This document shows, piece by piece, positions 1-7,453 of a stretch of 12,908 nucleotides of DNA (its first letter is position 1; each line of letters starts with the position of its first letter). The notes under the pieces were generated by a model. It saw nothing but the letters and a program-made list of their open reading frames with translations. It made no database searches and had not been told where the DNA came from. Source of the stretch: Candidatus Aenigmatarchaeota archaeon (GTDB lineage Archaea > Aenigmatarchaeota > Aenigmatarchaeia > CG10238-14 > WAMV01); assembly GCA_015522145.1 (NCBI GenBank), contig WAMV01000004.1:1-12908 (forward strand), in the 5' to 3' direction. The translations under genes and the position numbers were made by a program.

Positions 1-1
1 A

Positions 2-82
2 GTTGCTCTTGTACTTTACATAATGTATGTTTATCCAGTTATTACTGGTGTGATGGATTACTACATCCAAACCTGTGTGTGA
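2..82 (+). CDS. 3' end of a probable membrane-protein gene entering from the left edge (partial)
   Basis: Frame 2 is open from the window edge: VALVLYIMYVYPVITGVMDYYIQTCV-TGA(80-82). It is hydrophobic and stops 4 nt before the ATG at 87. Not in the ORF track. Confidence 0.6.
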   Translation, partial: VALVLYIMYVYPVITGVMDYYIQTCV

Positions 83-86
83 AAAA

Positions 87-557
87 ATGTTTGGGATAGA
101 ATTACTTAAACAAATACCAATTTTAATGTTGTTATTTTTACTCTACTTTTTAGCGTTGCAGAAAGCTAATTTTTTAGGGGATTCTAGGAAAAAAAGTACT
201 AAAAGACAACATGCAATCTTCGCTTTCTTTCTTGTTTTTGTAACTTTTTTGTTTGTTCCACAAAGTGTTTTTGAAGTTTCTCTACTAATGATAAGAAATT
301 TCGGGTTAGCTCTTGTTTTTATAGTAATTTTCATTGTTTTTGAATTGTTAATTGGATTTGCTTTAAACGAATTTCCAAGAAAGATAACTTGGAAAAGCAT
401 AATTGTTTCGTTAATTGCGACTTCCATAGTTGTTTCTTCTGGATTCGCAAGTTTAATGTTTCAACCATTAAGCTTTGATGTTAATGGGTTTAGTAGCATA
501 TATTTGACAATCATAGTTTTAATTCTGTTTTTGACAATAGCTATGCTAGCAAGTTAA
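87..557 (+). CDS. Uncharacterised multi-pass membrane protein, divergent paralog 1 of tandem array
   Basis: About 5 hydrophobic segments. IPILMLLFLLYFLALQKANFLGD and SSGFASLMFQP match motifs in the downstream ORFs. ATG at 87 preferred over the track's GTG at 75 because the upstream gene stops at 82. Confidence 0.75.
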   Translation: MFGIELLKQIPILMLLFLLYFLALQKANFLGDSRKKSTKRQHAIFAFFLVFVTFLFVPQSVFEVSLLMIRNFGLALVFIVIFIVFELLIGFALNEFPRKITWKSIIVSLIATSIVVSSGFASLMFQPLSFDVNGFSSIYLTIIVLILFLTIAMLAS

Positions 558-590
558 CAAAATTTATTGTTTATTTGACAAATTTCTTTC

Positions 591-1091
591 ATGGTTTTTG
601 AGCAAGCCGTGCAAACTATGCTAGAGATTGGTATTTATTCTTATGTTTTGCCTTTCTTCATTTCCCTTGCTTTCATCTATGCTTTAATCAGAAAAGCAAA
701 AGTTTTTGAAAGTCCATTAGTTTCAGCTACTGTTAGCTTAGCTATAGCATTGCTCATTTTTGCCTTTCCTGTTCTTGTTGGTGTAAGTTTAGCAAAGCCA
801 TTTTCAGCATTCTTTACGCAATTAACAATTGTTATGATTTTGATAGGAATGGTTTTGCTCGTAGCAGCTTTATTCATACCTAACGTAGCTGAAATGATAG
901 CTGGTAAAGCAAGAAATGCAGTTTTCGCTATAGCAATTTTTTCCATCATAATTGTTTTCTTTACCTCAGGCTTAATGAGCGCTTTTACTACTCAGCCTGC
1001 TATGCCGGTTAACTTACAAGCGTTATACTTTATTATAGCTTTAATAGTTATGGCTTCCTTAATTATTTTAGCAGCAAGGGTGGCTAGCTAA
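591..1091 (+). CDS. Uncharacterised multi-pass membrane protein, paralog 2
   Basis: 166 aa, ~5 TM segments. N-terminal GIYSYVLPFFISLAFIYALIRKAKVF motif shared with neighbours. Stop overlaps next start (TAATG). Confidence 0.85.
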   Translation: MVFEQAVQTMLEIGIYSYVLPFFISLAFIYALIRKAKVFESPLVSATVSLAIALLIFAFPVLVGVSLAKPFSAFFTQLTIVMILIGMVLLVAALFIPNVAEMIAGKARNAVFAIAIFSIIIVFFTSGLMSAFTTQPAMPVNLQALYFIIALIVMASLIILAARVAS

Positions 1092-1651
1092 TGGCATTAA
1101 TAGAAAATGCTATATTAGCATTACGAAGTTTGGGTTTTTTCCAATTCATACTGCCTTTCATAATGAGTTCAGCAATTTTTTATGGATTGTTAAGGAAAAG
1201 TAAGCTTTTTGGAGATCCTGAAAAAAATGTTGCTGTTAACGCAAGCATAGCTTTGGGTGCAGCATTCTTTATTTGGGCATACCCTATATTGCTTGGCGTC
1301 AACATTGAAACTCAGCTAGCTTATTTCATGTTTACAGGTTTTGTTGGAATGCTTTCCACACTGGTCTTTTTAATTTTAGTTTCTATGTTTGCTGGCGACG
1401 TGCTAAAGGATTTTGTAGAAAAGAAAGGTAGGTTATTGCCTTTTATAGGAATTTCAGCAAGCATAGTAACATTTTCGGCTTTGGTTAACTCTGGTTTAAT
1501 AGCTTTGTTTGTACAGCCTGGCGCCCCTTCCATTCAAATAAGCGAAACTATTATAGCAAGTATTGTTTTGATTGCGATGTTTGCTTTAGCCTTTTTAATA
1601 TTTTACTTAACAGAAAAATCTGAAGGTCAAGGAGTTAAAACTCAGGGCTAA
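1091..1651 (+). CDS. Uncharacterised multi-pass membrane protein, paralog 3
   Basis: 186 aa. GFFQFILPFIMSSAIFYGLLRKSKLFGD...VNASIAL motif. GGGTGG SD-like site upstream. Short polar C-tail. Confidence 0.85.
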   Translation: MALIENAILALRSLGFFQFILPFIMSSAIFYGLLRKSKLFGDPEKNVAVNASIALGAAFFIWAYPILLGVNIETQLAYFMFTGFVGMLSTLVFLILVSMFAGDVLKDFVEKKGRLLPFIGISASIVTFSALVNSGLIALFVQPGAPSIQISETIIASIVLIAMFALAFLIFYLTEKSEGQGVKTQG

Positions 1652-1692
1652 AAATAAATAAATGTTTTCGAAACCAAATTTATTTTGATAGA

Positions 1693-2271
1693 ATGGGAGT
1701 ATTTGATGTTTTGTTGGCAGCGGCACAAGAAAGTGGATTGCTTGGCGTTTTTGTTCCGTTTTTATTAGTTTATACTTTATTTTTCGGAATATTGAAAAAA
1801 TCTAATATCTTTGGAAATGATAGAGCAGCTAGAATGATAAGTTCTATAATTAGTGCAGTAGCAGCATTTTACGTTGTTTTCGCAGCACCTTTTAGCCAAG
1901 CTATAATTTCTTTCTTTGGTGCCTATTTCACATTTACTACCATGTTTTTGTTAGGAATACTTGGCGGCATAATGCTTTGGCAATTGGCAAGCGCTGGTGG
2001 GATAGGTGGTAGTGAAAATATAAAGAAGCTTATTTTTATATTGGCTACAGTAGCTTTTGTTGGAGCAGTAAGCCTTTTAGTAAACATTTCAATACCTCAG
2101 AACATTCCCCTTCCTGTCATAGGTTTCCAGTTTACAGTAGTTGACTTTCTCGTCCTAGTTTCTATTCTAATTTTCTTAGGGCTTTTTGCATTTTTAGTGA
2201 TGGGTGGTGAAGAAAGTAAAAATCAAGGATCTCAAGAAGCTCAAGAACAACAAAAACAACAATCAGGTTGA
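1693..2271 (+). CDS. Uncharacterised multi-pass membrane protein, paralog 4
   Basis: 192 aa. GLLGVFVPFLLVYTLFFGILKKSNIFGND motif. Gln/Glu-rich C-tail. 9-bp convergent overlap with dph5. Confidence 0.85.
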   Translation: MGVFDVLLAAAQESGLLGVFVPFLLVYTLFFGILKKSNIFGNDRAARMISSIISAVAAFYVVFAAPFSQAIISFFGAYFTFTTMFLLGILGGIMLWQLASAGGIGGSENIKKLIFILATVAFVGAVSLLVNISIPQNIPLPVIGFQFTVVDFLVLVSILIFLGLFAFLVMGGEESKNQGSQEAQEQQKQQSG

Positions 2272-3003
2272 AACTTCATATAATTCTAAAATTTCTTCTT
2301 CAGAAAAGTGAAGCTTAGAAGGCACTATTATACATGCTGGCAACTCAACTTTTTCTTTTATTAAAGACTTAACCTCACCATAAACTATTTTTTCATCTTC
2401 ACAACCAATTTTTGAAAGAACGACAACTTTATCTTCTTCAGACAGAATGTTGTTTCTTAGAAATTGGAGAGCTTGCTGAACGCTAAGATACTCATTTGCT
2501 TCCACATCTATATCTAGTAAGCATAAAGTGTGCAAACCAAGCTTCCTGTTAGTTTTTATTTTTTCTATTATGGAAGTGGGATTGGAATTTCTGCTAGCCA
2601 GAGGAATTGTGACCACACCACCAAATTTATAAGCGTGTAAACCTGTTTTAGCTATAGCAGAAATTATGCTTGCGTTATGAATTATTTTAACCTTTATGTT
2701 TTTAGTTTTGGCTTCTTTTAGCAAAAAGCTATGAGTGGTTGCTATAAACGGGTCGCCAGGAACCAAAAGAATTATGTTGTTGTTTTTGGCCTCCTCTAGA
2801 ATTTTTTCATATCCTTGCTCTATGTCTTCGCGCTTTAGCTTAAATATTTTTTTCCCTATTAGCTCCTCTAACCTTTGCAAATTTCCTTGCCAAAGATTTG
2901 TGTAAAGCTCTATGTAAACTTTATCAGCTCTTTTACATTCTTCCAAAGCTTTCAGTGTTAGGTCTTTTTCATCACAAAGACCTAAGCCAGTTATTGTTAG
3001 CAT
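2263..3003 (-). CDS. dph5: Diphthine synthase (Dph5/DphB), SAM-dependent methyltransferase for EF-2 diphthamide
   Basis: GLGLCDEKDLTLKALE, ELYT, GDPFIATTH, HNASI, GLHAYKFG, GLHTLCLLDI and LHFSEEE are all characteristic Dph5 motifs. Confidence 0.96.
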   Translation of the reverse strand: MLTITGLGLCDEKDLTLKALEECKRADKVYIELYTNLWQGNLQRLEELIGKKIFKLKREDIEQGYEKILEEAKNNNIILLVPGDPFIATTHSFLLKEAKTKNIKVKIIHNASIISAIAKTGLHAYKFGGVVTIPLASRNSNPTSIIEKIKTNRKLGLHTLCLLDIDVEANEYLSVQQALQFLRNNILSEEDKVVVLSKIGCEDEKIVYGEVKSLIKEKVELPACIIVPSKLHFSEEEILELYEVST

Positions 3004-3032
3004 ATTTTAACATTCGTTTCAAAAATTAAAAT
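3004..3032. promoter_or_regulatory. Putative overlapping divergent promoters for dph5 and the PP2C gene
   Basis: 29-bp AT-rich gap between head-to-head starts. TTTTAA (3005-3010, +) and TTTAAT (3030-3025, -) each lie ~22-28 nt upstream of a start codon, the spacing expected for a TATA box of a leaderless archaeal transcript. Confidence 0.45.
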
Positions 3033-3662
3033 GTGAGGCTAGAAGCTTACGGAATGTCTGTCAAAGGTTTGGATCATGCGGAAAATGAAGACGCTTTTCT
3101 TATAGATAAAGCTAAAGGTGTTTTTGCTGTAGCTGATGGTGTAACCATACCTTATGGAGGCAAAGAAGCTAGCAACTTAGCTATAGAACTTGTAAGAAAA
3201 CATATTAATGCAAACAATTTTGAAGAAAGTTTGGATAAAATAAATGAAATCTTCGCAAAGAAAAGAGAAGAGAAGGAAGTTGTTGGATTCACAACCTTAA
3301 CAGTACTTTGCATAAAAAATAATGAAGCTAAAGTTGCTAACATTGGTGATAGCCCGGCTTTCTTGATAAGAGGGAATGAGGTTAGGGAAATTTATGTTAA
3401 TGACAGAACGCCTTTTGGAATAAGGGCTATGGATGGCTACACCAAATTTCACATAGCAAAAGTTAACGTTATGCCTAATGACATGTTTTGCCTGTGTACA
3501 GATGGGATAAGCGATTACTTAAGCAAAAAAGAATTGTTAAAGCTAGTTAAAAAGTATGAAAACCTAGAGCTTGTGGTTAAGGAAATTATTGAATATGTTA
3601 GGGCTAAGCCTCAGCCCTATAACGATGACAAAACGATTGTGGTGGTTAAAGTATGGGAATAG
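3033..3662 (+). CDS. PP2C/PPM-family metal-dependent Ser/Thr protein phosphatase
   Basis: NEDA, FAVADG, GG-x2-AS, TT, ANIGDS, LCTDG and DDKT motifs in the correct order, with metal-binding aspartates intact. GTG start. Confidence 0.92.
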   Translation: MRLEAYGMSVKGLDHAENEDAFLIDKAKGVFAVADGVTIPYGGKEASNLAIELVRKHINANNFEESLDKINEIFAKKREEKEVVGFTTLTVLCIKNNEAKVANIGDSPAFLIRGNEVREIYVNDRTPFGIRAMDGYTKFHIAKVNVMPNDMFCLCTDGISDYLSKKELLKLVKKYENLELVVKEIIEYVRAKPQPYNDDKTIVVVKVWE

Positions 3663-4444
3663 ACATTTTGGGCACAAAGGAAAAAAAGGTTGTTATAGTT
3701 GATAGCGATAAGCCAGATGAAGAAATAGTTAAAGAAATTCTAAACACCTACAAAAACGTTTCAGCAATATTAAAAAAAGTTGAAGGTAGGAAAGGTAAGG
3801 AAAGGATAGCTAGCTACAAGTTGATATATGGCAAGGATACAGAGGTTAAGCATAGAGAATATGGTTATTATCTAAAGCTTGATCCAACAAAAGTTTATTT
3901 TTCACCAAGAGAAGCAACAGAAAGGCAAAGACTGGCTAGCAAAGTTAAAGATGGTGAAAACGTTTTGGTTATGTTTTCTGGTGTTGCACCAATAGCAATA
4001 GCTATAGCTAAGAATAAGAACGCTAACATTACATGCATAGAAATAAATGAAGATGCTCATAAGTATGCTGAAGAAAACGTTAAGATAAACAAACTTAAAG
4101 GAAAAATTAAGCTTATAAACGCAGACGTCAGGGATGTGCTGAACGGAAAAGAAGAGTATGAAAGAATTGTGCTACCAATGCCTTTTGATAGAATAGTTAT
4201 GCCTTTACCAAAACAAGCACATGAGTTTTTAGATTTAGCAATAAAGCATGTAAAAAAGCATGGAATAATACATTTCTACTACATAGTTGATGAGCCGTGG
4301 CAAGAAAATGCTAGGAAGGTTTTTGAAATGATAAAAGAAATTGCAAACAAGCATAACAGGGATGCAAAACTTCTAGAAGTGAAGAAAGTTCTGCCTTACG
4401 CACCAAGAAAGTGGAAGGTTGTGTTGGATGTTGAAATTATTTAA
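3653..4444 (+). CDS. trm5: Trm5/Met-10+ family tRNA G37 methyltransferase, lacking the N-terminal D1 domain (Trm5a/Taw21-22-like by motif)
   Basis: HREYG...LDPTKVYFSPR...ERQRL, MFSGVAPIAI SAM motif, EIN, N-x3-N, DRIVMPLPK, IHFY, YAP. GGTGG SD at 3641-3645. 10-bp overlap with the PP2C gene. Confidence 0.88.
   Translation: MGIDILGTKEKKVVIVDSDKPDEEIVKEILNTYKNVSAILKKVEGRKGKERIASYKLIYGKDTEVKHREYGYYLKLDPTKVYFSPREATERQRLASKVKDGENVLVMFSGVAPIAIAIAKNKNANITCIEINEDAHKYAEENVKINKLKGKIKLINADVRDVLNGKEEYERIVLPMPFDRIVMPLPKQAHEFLDLAIKHVKKHGIIHFYYIVDEPWQENARKVFEMIKEIANKHNRDAKLLEVKKVLPYAPRKWKVVLDVEII
4157..4210 (+). repeat. Imperfect in-frame 27-bp tandem duplication within trm5
   Basis: TATGAAAGAATTGTGCTACCAATGCCT / TTTGATAGAATAGTTATGCCTTTACCA (17/27 identical), encoding YERIVLPMP / FDRIVMPLP. 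Confidence 0.7.
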
Positions 4445-4469
4445 GGTGCTATGCAAAAAATAAGTTTTT

Positions 4470-5591
4470 ATGCTAGAATTAATCTCAATAATCGTTTTCT
4501 TCTTGTTAATAAGTGCTTACATAATCAAAGAAAGGGATGAAATAGAGGTTTACAAAAAAATTATTATCATAAGGAGATGGAAAAAAGGAAGAAAAAAAAT
4601 TGAGAAATTTGCCAAAAAACATGAAAGACTTTTGACTTATATGGGAAATTTAGCTGTAATAGTGGCTGTTTTAGCAAGCGCTTTTGGAATTTATTATTTA
4701 TTAAACGCAACCTTGCAGGGTCAACAGGCCTTTGGTATTGTTTTGCCCAGTGTTTCTGGGGTTCAATATCCCAAACCAGCAATAGCAATTCCTTTCTGGT
4801 ACTGGATTGTTGGAATATTTACAATATTGGTGGTGCATGAAACTATGCATGCTTTGCTTGCAGCTAAAGAAAAAGTTAAAATCAAAAATTACGGTATAAT
4901 ATTGTTGCTTATATTCCCTATAGGAGCCTTTGTTGAGCCTGATGAAAAAAAGCTGAAAAAGCTGAAAGGTTTGGCTAAACAAAGAATACTTGCTGCTGGC
5001 AGCTTTGCCAACATAATCTTAGCTTTAATTTTGTTAGCAATTGGATATTTGCTAGCTAATAGTTTGTTCGTAGAGTCTGGCGCCCAGATAGTGGGCTTAG
5101 TTAACAATACGCCTGCAATGCGGACAAACTTAAGCGGAACCATAATTATGATTGAAAATTATACAATAAAGGATGTGAAGTCTTTAGCTAATGTGCTAAG
5201 CAAGCTAGAGCCTGGTCAGACTGTTAATATCATAACTACAGAAGGAAATTATAGCGTTAAACTTGCTGACAAAAACGGAAGCGCTTATTTGGGCGTTATA
5301 GTTGAAACAAAGCTTGAGCTAAAAGAAATGTATAAGCCTTTTGATTATGTTATAACTCATTTAATGACCTTAATCAGCTGGCTATTTCTACTAAACCTGG
5401 GTGTTGGTATTGTTAACGTGCTACCAATAAAACCGCTTGATGGCGGTCTTATGTTTGAAGAATTCTTAAAAAGTAAAATTGGGAAGAAGGCAGAAAAAAT
5501 ATCCACAATGGTTAGCGTTCTTATTTTAGCATTAATTATAGCTAACTTTGCTTCTGGCTATCTGGTCTTTCCAAAACTTCTATTTTCCTAA
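4470..5591 (+). CDS. Site-2 protease (peptidase M50) with a central PDZ-like soluble domain
   Basis: HETMH (HExxH) in a TM segment, GAFVEPD, AAGSFAN, a soluble insert (NTPA...IKDVKSL...LEPGQTV...YLGV) and NVLPIKPLDGG (NxxPxxxLDG). Confidence 0.95.
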   Translation: MLELISIIVFFLLISAYIIKERDEIEVYKKIIIIRRWKKGRKKIEKFAKKHERLLTYMGNLAVIVAVLASAFGIYYLLNATLQGQQAFGIVLPSVSGVQYPKPAIAIPFWYWIVGIFTILVVHETMHALLAAKEKVKIKNYGIILLLIFPIGAFVEPDEKKLKKLKGLAKQRILAAGSFANIILALILLAIGYLLANSLFVESGAQIVGLVNNTPAMRTNLSGTIIMIENYTIKDVKSLANVLSKLEPGQTVNIITTEGNYSVKLADKNGSAYLGVIVETKLELKEMYKPFDYVITHLMTLISWLFLLNLGVGIVNVLPIKPLDGGLMFEEFLKSKIGKKAEKISTMVSVLILALIIANFASGYLVFPKLLFS

Positions 5592-6120
5592 ATTCAAAGC
5601 TTCTTACTGGATATACTTTTGATAGTTCTTTTATGATTTTTTTATGGTATTTGTCTGAGAGCATATTCTTAACAAAGTTCTCAAGTGTTTCGTTGCTTAC
5701 TATCTGCTCCACCAATTCTTGTATGGTTTTTCTCAAAGCTTTTTGAATACTTCTGGTTATTTTTCCTGGCGCAACTATTATTGTTTTAACCCTTATTTTA
5801 TGGTTATCTTTTGTATTAACGTCCTGTACAACATCTATGCGTGTAGTTCTTCGCATTACCATTCTAGCTATGTAGTCACGCAGGCATTCACTACCATCAA
5901 AATATGCTATTGCTTTACCATCTTCATGCTTCAGTATTCTGAAGTAAAGTTTAATGTAATATTTTTCCAAGTTGTCTGTTACGTCCATAGCAGTTACAGA
6001 AATAACTCTGTTTATCAGCAAGCTTGGATCGCTTGCTGGGGTTTCCCCGATTTCTTTATTGGGGTAGAGATGGCCTAAAACCACTGTGTACCATTTTTTG
6101 CTCTTGGCTGCCTTTACCAT
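5542..6120 (-). CDS. rps3ae: 30S ribosomal protein S3Ae (eS1)
   Basis: KKWYTV, EIGETPASDP, KLYFRI, DYIARMVMRRTTRID, TKD-x3-RVK, VYPVRSFEFRKIEVL. AGGTGA SD ending at 6126 favours ATG 6120 over the track start at 6129. Confidence 0.96.
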   Translation of the reverse strand: MVKAAKSKKWYTVVLGHLYPNKEIGETPASDPSLLINRVISVTAMDVTDNLEKYYIKLYFRILKHEDGKAIAYFDGSECLRDYIARMVMRRTTRIDVVQDVNTKDNHKIRVKTIIVAPGKITRSIQKALRKTIQELVEQIVSNETLENFVKNMLSDKYHKKIIKELSKVYPVRSFEFRKIEVLERPDSQKQS

Positions 6121-7453
6121 TAGCATCACCTATAGCTTTATTTATGGTTTTGATAAAATTTGTTTTTTTCTCTAAAGGTATAAAAGCACCTGCCGCATTG
6201 CTATGGCCACCTGCCTCACCATCCATACTTTCAGCTATAGGCTTTAAAACTTTTATAACATCTAAATTGCCGGAAAATCTTATAGAAACCTTAACTGTTT
6301 CCTCATCGTAATTTGCCAAGCCTATAACTGGCTTATCGCTATAGTTTGTTTTAGAAAGTATGGAGGTTATTATACCTATGGCATAATGGGGAATTTTATC
6401 TTGTGCGTCTATTACGTAAACGTTTTCCATGTGCTTCACGTTTTTTAAAGCAAAATCTATGTAGCTGGAAAGTTCCTTTTTATATTCTGAGTAAATTTGC
6501 ATCGCTTTATTCAAAACTTTACTATCGAGCCACGCAAGCTTTATAGCAATGTCATAGTACTGCTTCCTTCCCAAAGCATTCAGTAAAGTTGCTAATTCCC
6601 TAATGTCTTTTAGCTCTTCAGGGGCTTTTTTAATCAAATATATGTTGCCAAAAATATCCTCTGGCCTATCTTCATTTATACGCAGTTTTATTATTTCGCT
6701 TGCCAGTATTTTTTCTTCTTCCTCACTTAAGTCAGCCAACCTAACAAAATTTTCCCTCTTTTTTAAAGGGATTCCTATTTCTGACAAAAATTGAACGCTT
6801 GCCTCTTCACTTCCTGTAATTCCTGGTATGAAGCACTCATAGCTTTGAGCTAGAGCTTTGTACAAAGGTTTACTAAACCTACCAAAAATTTTCAAGCCTT
6901 TTTTTACCTCTATTTGTTTAAGCTCTACACATTCATTTAAAACCTTTTCTAGAATTTTTTCCTGAGTTGTCAGGAAAATGTTGTCTCCGAAATAACCAAC
7001 TAAAGCTAAGTAAGCCAAATCAACGTTTTTTACATCTAGGTACTTGGCAAAGTAATATGTATATACGGAAGAAGAAGCTTCTTCAGCATTGAACAAATGT
7101 GGATTCAAATGAAATAAGTTTAGGTGACTTAAATTCTTTGGTTTGTGGTGATCTATTATAAGCACTATGTTATTATCAAGCAAATGAGCTAAGCTATCAA
7201 GCTGTCCTGAGCCAAAGTCAAGAAAAACTAAAAGCCTGTTGCTAAAATTAAGCTGACTGGCAGTTTTTTTGGTTAACTGATTAAGGATTTTTATTTGAAA
7301 ATTACTTCCAAGCCTTAACAACATTTTAGCAAAAATGGCTGCGCTGGCAATGCCATCAGCATCATAATGAGAAAAAACAATTACCTTCTTAGCTTTAGCT
7401 ATGGGCTTAATTGCTTTAGCCACTTTTTCAATATTTTCCAGAAACAAGTTCAT
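6056..7453 (-). CDS. RecJ/Cdc45-like DHH nuclease (GINS-associated nuclease, GAN-type)
   Basis: HYDADG, DFGSG, DHH, LNPH, GYFGD and C-terminal DHHA1 GGH-x2-AAG motifs. Position between rps15 and rps3ae is typical of GAN. ATG 7453 overlaps the rps15 stop (TGATG); the track uses GTG 7456. Confidence 0.9.
   Translation of the reverse strand: MNLFLENIEKVAKAIKPIAKAKKVIVFSHYDADGIASAAIFAKMLLRLGSNFQIKILNQLTKKTASQLNFSNRLLVFLDFGSGQLDSLAHLLDNNIVLIIDHHKPKNLSHLNLFHLNPHLFNAEEASSSVYTYYFAKYLDVKNVDLAYLALVGYFGDNIFLTTQEKILEKVLNECVELKQIEVKKGLKIFGRFSKPLYKALAQSYECFIPGITGSEEASVQFLSEIGIPLKKRENFVRLADLSEEEEKILASEIIKLRINEDRPEDIFGNIYLIKKAPEELKDIRELATLLNALGRKQYYDIAIKLAWLDSKVLNKAMQIYSEYKKELSSYIDFALKNVKHMENVYVIDAQDKIPHYAIGIITSILSKTNYSDKPVIGLANYDEETVKVSIRFSGNLDVIKVLKPIAESMDGEAGGHSNAAGAFIPLEKKTNFIKTINKAIGDANGKGSQEQKMVHSGFRPSLPQ

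Noticed and set aside
143..1533. Minus-strand ORFs 143-427, 677-949 and 1321-1533
   Set aside because: Antisense shadows of T-rich membrane genes. They are Lys/Asn/Ile/Thr-rich with no motifs.
2205..2271. CAAGAA/CAACAA-like repeats at the end of paralog 4
   Set aside because: Simple Gln/Glu-rich low-complexity coding tail, not a structured DNA repeat.
3031..3036. ATGTGA start-stop mini-ORF overlapping the GTG start of the PP2C gene
   Set aside because: Six nucleotides only and easily chance. Nothing in the sequence supports a regulatory role.
4451..4540. Out-of-frame 29-codon ORF starting just upstream of the site-2 protease, after AGGTG
   Set aside because: SD-ATG spacing is only 2 nt, it overlaps the protease gene, and the peptide has no features.
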